Positions 35,304 to 40,520 of a stretch of DNA of 40,520 nucleotides are shown here, in pieces (the stretch's first letter is position 1; every line of letters begins with the position of its first letter). A model generated the notes under the pieces. It made no database searches. It saw nothing but the letters and a program-made list of their open reading frames with translations, and was not told the DNA's origin. This stretch comes from Saprolegnia diclina VS20 (taxonomy: Eukaryota): NCBI RefSeq assembly GCF_000281045.1, contig NW_008246077.1, forward strand, positions 1 through 40,520, read 5' to 3'. The translations under genes and the position numbers were made by a program.

Positions 35304-35454
35304 AGCACAAACTGATGTGCGTAGCCAAACCTGTATAGTCTTCTAGCTAGCAAATATGGACCTGAATTTTGTATAACGTGATAGCACAAACTGATTTGTG
35401 TGGCAAAACCTGTATAGTCTTTTAGCTAGCATATATGCACCTGAATTTTCGTAT
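35304..35454. repeat. Diverged tandem duplication, 79-bp period, ~1.9 copies
   Basis: AGCACAAACTGAT..G..AAACCTGTATAGTCTT.TAGCTAGCA.ATATG.ACCTGAATTTT starts at 35304 and again at 35383. Confidence 0.85.
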
Positions 35455-35685
35455 TTCGTATAAATCAAAAATGTCTCTGTCAAAAAAATCTGTCGTCAAG
35501 CAGTATCTTGAGAAGCAGTGGGAACTGAGTAACTCTGGAACTCTGGGCAGAGCTTAATCAAGCGCAGCCGTTGTCGGTAAGTGGTTCAACTGTTACTGTT
35601 ATTTGATTGTCATTAGTCAATGACGTTGCGACCTATATTACATGCAGGCCGCAGCACCATTGAGAATTGAAAGAGTTGTTGTTTA

Positions 35686-36035
35686 AGCTTCTCCACCCTT
35701 CCGCGCTATTTATCCCTGGCCCTGTAAAAATTTTACAGGGTGGAGCAAATTTATCCTGGTTCCTGTACAGAGCGCCCTGGCACCCTGGCTTTGACCAGGT
35801 AAAATCGCAAGTGACTCATGTTTTGTATACTAGTGAAAAAGGGATACAAAATCGAATTTTAAGACGAAGTTCGAAGAAATCGACTCCATACAAATCGCGA
35901 CTTCCTGCATCTTTTTACAGGCCGAGCGGTGGGGCATTTTGTCTTTTTTTGCTTTGCATGGCGAAAAACGGGGCGAAATCGGCCGGTAAAAAACCCAGAG
36001 TCAGTTTGGGATACGGGAAACCGGTGGAGATGCTC
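35686..36035. mobile_element. Tourist/PIF-Harbinger-like MITE, ~350 bp
   Basis: Termini AGCTTCTCCACC and GGTGGAGATGCTC (reverse complement GAGCATCTCCACC), with TTA on both sides (35683-85, 36036-38). An internal palindrome CCCTGTAAAA-A-TTTTACAGGG lies at 35720-35740. Confidence 0.55.
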
Positions 36036-36594
36036 TTAGACTTGACACCTAGCGTTGGATTGTAAGTACTGGAGCTAGCAGATAGACGATACACGACTAC
36101 ATTTATATTAACACACGTGCGTTGTGTATAATCCATGTAGGGTCACTAAGCAAAAAAATGATGTGCGGAGAAGGTTCTTCCCTACTGTAGGAATAGTTCT
36201 TAAACATAGCAGCTGAAGGGACCGAATACCGATGCATCGCACAGCGGCTAGAAAACACCGCCGAAAGCATTGCCAAGTATCGCTGCTTCGAAAATGCCTC
36301 TACGCGGTTAACCCGAATCGCCTTCAAATAGTCGAGAAAACTAAATGGTGCTGGTTCCATTCGAAAATGCGGAGCGGCCGTTGAGTGGCGTGATGCTCTG
36401 CGTAGTGGAGGCTTTTGTTGCTAATTTTCGGACGGGTGCCACAAGTCATAGACTGCAATATCTGCACACAGATGCACGGCACGAAAATTTTGGGCGCAGT
36501 GTTTAGAAACGTAGGATAGATAAAGTAGAAAGAGGGATATAGAAGCTGTTGCCATGGATCCAACAGCTAGCTTGTGTTTTATTTTTGCCTCATA

Positions 36595-37050
36595 GAGTCG
36601 ACACTCTCCAAGTGCATACTGTGGTGCTTATGAATTGGGGTGGTTTATCAATTATGCAAAGGTATAATGCAATATCCATAAATTGGTCACACAGTAGGTT
36701 CTACTCTTCCTCATCTTTGTCATCTTCCTCGTCGACATAGTCGCGCAGTGGGCGACTGGTTGCAGCTGTTGGCGTGGTAGAAGTCGAGGATCATAGTCTT
36801 GTGCTCGATATTAAGCTGCCAGCGTCGCGTTTAACTTGGCGGCCACCGTCTTCCTGTGGCGCATATTGCATAATGAGCTATAAGCTCAGCTATGCACTGA
36901 CGTCGCCGAGGTATGCACTTCCGTCGGCTGCGAATCAATTGGCGACTCGAGACCCATACCATTTTTTAAGAATATTAGGGTGATATATAACAGGACAACG
37001 GGACGAGCTTTATCGAGTTTCAGTAGTATGCACATATAGGGAGTCGACTT
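36595..37050 (-). mobile_element. Second, older pogo-like deletion derivative related to 8471-8965
   Basis: Degenerate 26-bp TIRs (20/26 match) follow a TA. Minus-strand remnant LNIEHKTMILDFYHANSCNQSPTAR compares with RTKILDFYHANGRNQTRTAT in the first element, and is joined to the acidic tail DYVDEEDDKDEEE*. Confidence 0.72.
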
Positions 37051-37179
37051 AAGTGCACACGCAGGTGATTGGGAGTACGTACAGCCTCCATTTGTCTGGC
37101 GTTGTTTGTCAAGCGGAAAAGTCCACAAGGCTGACTTTAGCGATCACAACTAGCTAAGGAAGGTCAAGTTGAGTCTCCT

Positions 37180-38078
37180 CCGTACTCCGTACTTTACAAA
37201 ATATAAGCACAGTAAAAAGACTTCTTGACGAAAAAATGGTTTTTTCTTAACATAAATATCATTGCCGCTTCGCGTCTATTATCAGAAAAAACACTCTCCA
37301 AATACTCGACGCTGGCGTCGCCCATTCCTCGATTTGCCCGATGAAGAAGTTTATTCCGCAATAGCCAGAGAACGCGAAGTGGATGCGTGCTCAAGAAGCG
37401 CGCCAGCGAGAAACTCGCGACCCCAGGGACGGGCTGAATATTAAGCGTGCCTCTTTGTTTCCCGAACGCACGCCGCACACGATTGAGGCCGTTACGACAT
37501 GATCAGAGCCTGACATCCTCCTACACGTGGCACGACACCGTGACGTCATGAAGCAGCTTCGCGCCATTAATCCGCCGTGGGTGGGCGAAGACGTTTCTTC
37601 CGTGGTGGCTTCTCGACGCACGGCCGAGCGACGTCGTATGTATCCGTGGTCTGACAAGGCGTGCGCCGTCTTCTTTTACTTGCATCCAAGCCTTGGGAAC
37701 ACAGACATCGAGCTCGCGCAAAAGCGTCCTTGATTAATCCGACACAGCAACACGCAAGATCGACTCAAAGCAGCCAACAAAGGAATCGCCGCAGCGTTTA
37801 GAGAGTACGGCCAGGATCCACGGTGCAGGACCGCTGAGGAGCCACGCGACGGACTCGAGGTTTTGCAGGACAACTGCATCTGCGCCTCCTAGCTCGAGAT
37901 CCAGTCGATCTATCAGAGTAGACTAGCTTGCGTTCTATTGGTCAGTCATTTTGAAAAAATCACTGCATTTCCTTTCACAAAGATTACTTTCATGGGGCAA
38001 AATGGTCCACTCTTTACGTTAATTTCATCACTTTCTTGGCGCGAACCAAAGTGTATACTTTGTTAAGTAACGTTACGG
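37180..38078 (+). mobile_element. Unclassified decayed DNA-transposon-like element
   Basis: Imperfect inverted ends CCGTA..TACTTTACAAAATATA and (reverse complement) CCGTA..TACTTAACAAAGTATA, with AT-rich subterminal regions. Broken internal ORFs include KACAVFFYLHPSLG. Confidence 0.3.
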
Positions 38079-38099
38079 CCAGATCCTGCGGCAGCGACG

Positions 38100-40520
38100 G
38101 CCATGTGGCCTTAACGCTCAACAGTATGGTTGGCGCGCAGTGTGTGCCGGACAGCGGCTGCGGCCCGAACATCATTCCCGCCAAGCGGTTGAGCAGCTGA
38201 AGCAGAAGATGCCCGACTTTAAGTCATCAACTTGGCTGTGGACAAGACGACGCTGCAGTTGAACAAAAGGTCCAGTTGCGTCTGCAGCTCCATACGGCTG
38301 CCGGTCCTGTCCGACGATCTTAAACACCTCGCTGCGGAGCTTACGAATGCGGGTGCACGACACGCTCGACATGAACCGTCTCGATCGAGAAGATGCTGCA
38401 GCATTCAAGAGCATGCTGGCTTGCTCAATCTTGGAAGGCTTCCCCACGAAGCGCTATGAACGGCTCGAGAAGATCGTGAAGAGCTACGAAATTTGGCGGG
38501 CAGTCTTCCGCGGCAAAGATCCACCATCCGATATCGAGCAGATGGACATCAAGCTCAAGACGGATGCGAGCCCGTACAGCTAGCTGTGCGGGTCGCAAGC
38601 TCAACCCGTACCAGGAGCGCTTTGTGCATTTGTTCGATCGCCAACTTTTGCTGGACGGCGTGATCGAGAAGAGTAACCGATCGGCGGTATGCAGCCCGAG
38701 CAACTCAGTGTTGAAGCGATCCGCAAGCCCCTAATGAATGGTCCGATAAAGACCTTTCGCGTTATTTTCGGCTTACGATCGACTACCGGCGCGTCAACGC
38801 AATGACTGTGCCTTTGGCGGCATTTGTGGCGTTGTCCGTATTCATCGACATGCTCAAGGACGCGCAGTTCTTTGGCAACCTTTTTGCTCAAAGGCTTCTG
38901 GAAGATGCCACTAGCGGAGCGATGTCGTCAGGTTCTCTCGTTTTTCCTGGACACCACGGTATCCACGCCTTCCCGCTTCATGTAAGGAGACGTGCACTCG
39001 GCGCTGTATTTCCAGAACATCTCCTTTACGTGTGTCTCCCCATCTGGATTGACGACATTTTAACAGTATTTGCCAAGACCATCGACGACATTTTCGACGC
39101 CCTCGATCGCTTCTTTGCGATGTGCCAGAAGTACAACCTCAAGCTCAACCCCAACCAGTGTACGCTCTATATAAGACGGAGATCAAGTGGTGCGGTCGAT
39201 TGATCGGCGACCAAGGCGTTCGTCACGATCCGGGGCGTATTGCGTCGCTGTTCGCGCTGCCTTACCCAAGAAACGGGGGCAGCTTCAACAGTTTGTCTGC
39301 GCGACCAACTGGATGAGCGATTCTGTTCCGGGTTTTGCGCTTACGGCGATGCCGCTTCAGCAGCGGTTGGACGTCGTTCTCGCGCGCGAGCCAACGCGCA
39401 AGAAGCGCGTAGCTACGGCTGTTGCAGGGGAGCTCTCGACAGAAGAGAAGGCGGCATGGGACGCGGTCAAAGAAGCTTTGGCCAATGCAGCCCAGCTGCC
39501 ACATCTTGATCAGGATGCTGAGCTCCTCGTGTTTCTCGACGCCTCGGGCGACGGCTTCTCGATCATCAACACACAAATAAAGTAGTTCAGCGGTAGCGTG
39601 CCTGTGCGGGCGTTGCAGCACGAATTGGTCGCGTGTATCTCGGGTGTGTGGAAGGGTGCTCATGGAGCGTGATCGAGCAAGAATCGTACCCGATTGTCAA
39701 GGCGTGTCTCGACTTTGAGTAACTTCTCATGCGGCCGCGTGGATTCCGCATCTACACCGACCACAAGAGCCTCATCAACGTCGTTGCACCCGGTCAAGAA
39801 TGAAAGCCCTGACAGAGTTGCAAGCTTGCGCAATGGGCCATCTACATTGCGCCTTACCGCTACACGATCGAGCATATCGATGGCGAGCACAGCATCTGGG
39901 CAGACATAATGTCGCAATGGGGCCACGCAAAAGACAAGGCCGTGCAGCGGAAGCGGCCGGAAGGTGCAGCCAAGAAAGAAGAAGACGAGCGCGAGCGGGC
40001 CCGTTTGCATCGTCTGACCAAACTGAAGAAGAAGGGAAAGAAAACGTTGCCCAAGAGCGAGCCGCTGCGGCCTCTGGACGAAGCGGGCTTCGAGTGGCCG
40101 AGCTTGTTCTACATCAAGGTTGCACAGAGTCAAGACGCCGTGCCGAACTTTGCGACGTTCGACGCGACGATGGACCTTTGGACCGTCAAATCGGCCGGCA
40201 AGGATGTCATGTGGACCTCGGCTTTGGAACGGCGGCTCTTCATTGTTGCGCGCGCATTGCGGACCGATGAGCCACCGTAGCAAGTTAGCGATGAAGATGT
40301 ACCTAAAGCAGCTTTTTTGGCTTGATCAACTTGACGTAAAGCTGACGGCCTTTCTGGATAAGTGTTTCCTTTGCCCTCACGTGAAGGGTGGGCGAGTAAC
40401 TCAACGCCCACACAGCCAGCTCTGGTGTGCGTCCCAACGAAGGCATCCGCATTGATTTCCTCTATTTGGGTGACTCGTTCAAAGGCTCCAAGTGCGTGCT
40501 CGTGCTCAAAGACGACTTGA
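38100..40520 (+). mobile_element. Decayed Ty3/Gypsy pol (RT, RNase H, integrase), running off the window
   Basis: RT IWIDDIL..FAKT and LKLNPNQC. RNase H LLVFLDASGDGF and GFRIYTDHKSL. Integrase FWL...FLDKCFLCPHVKGG and DFLYLGDS...VLVLKDD. The RT-RH-IN order indicates Gypsy, and there are multiple stops and frameshifts. Confidence 0.92.

Noticed and set aside
36103..36563. Short minus-strand ORFs between MITEs
   Set aside because: Fragmented and without recognisable motifs.

Overview
Eukaryotic genomic scaffold, most likely an oomycete of the Saprolegniales. This is inferred from GC-rich coding DNA, very short 42-67 nt GT-AG introns and the gene and TE content. It has two assembly gaps (10285-10385 and 12324-12843). 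Intact genes are tRNA-Ile(AAT), a UBE2G/Ubc7-type E2, an SFI1-like centrin-binding protein, two tandem CsgA/C-factor-like SDRs, a WHEP-like/coiled-coil/tail-anchor protein and a CHD6-9/Kismet-type remodeler with PHD and RanBP2 zinc fingers. The rest is a graveyard of decayed L1/Tx1-like LINEs, Ty3/Gypsy elements and non-autonomous DNA transposons (pogo-like, a fold-back element with a 9-bp TSD, Tourist- and Stowaway-like). The most striking unexplained structure is at the start of the window. A decayed LINE's 3' end is fused inside the D-loop of a truncated second tRNA-Ile copy. The LINE is bracketed by a diverged ~130-160 bp duplication of the tRNA 5' end plus upstream flank, and the left tRNA gene is intact. 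This is a candidate tRNA-targeting LINE with a very long target-site duplication. All family assignments are by-eye motif recognition, not database searches.
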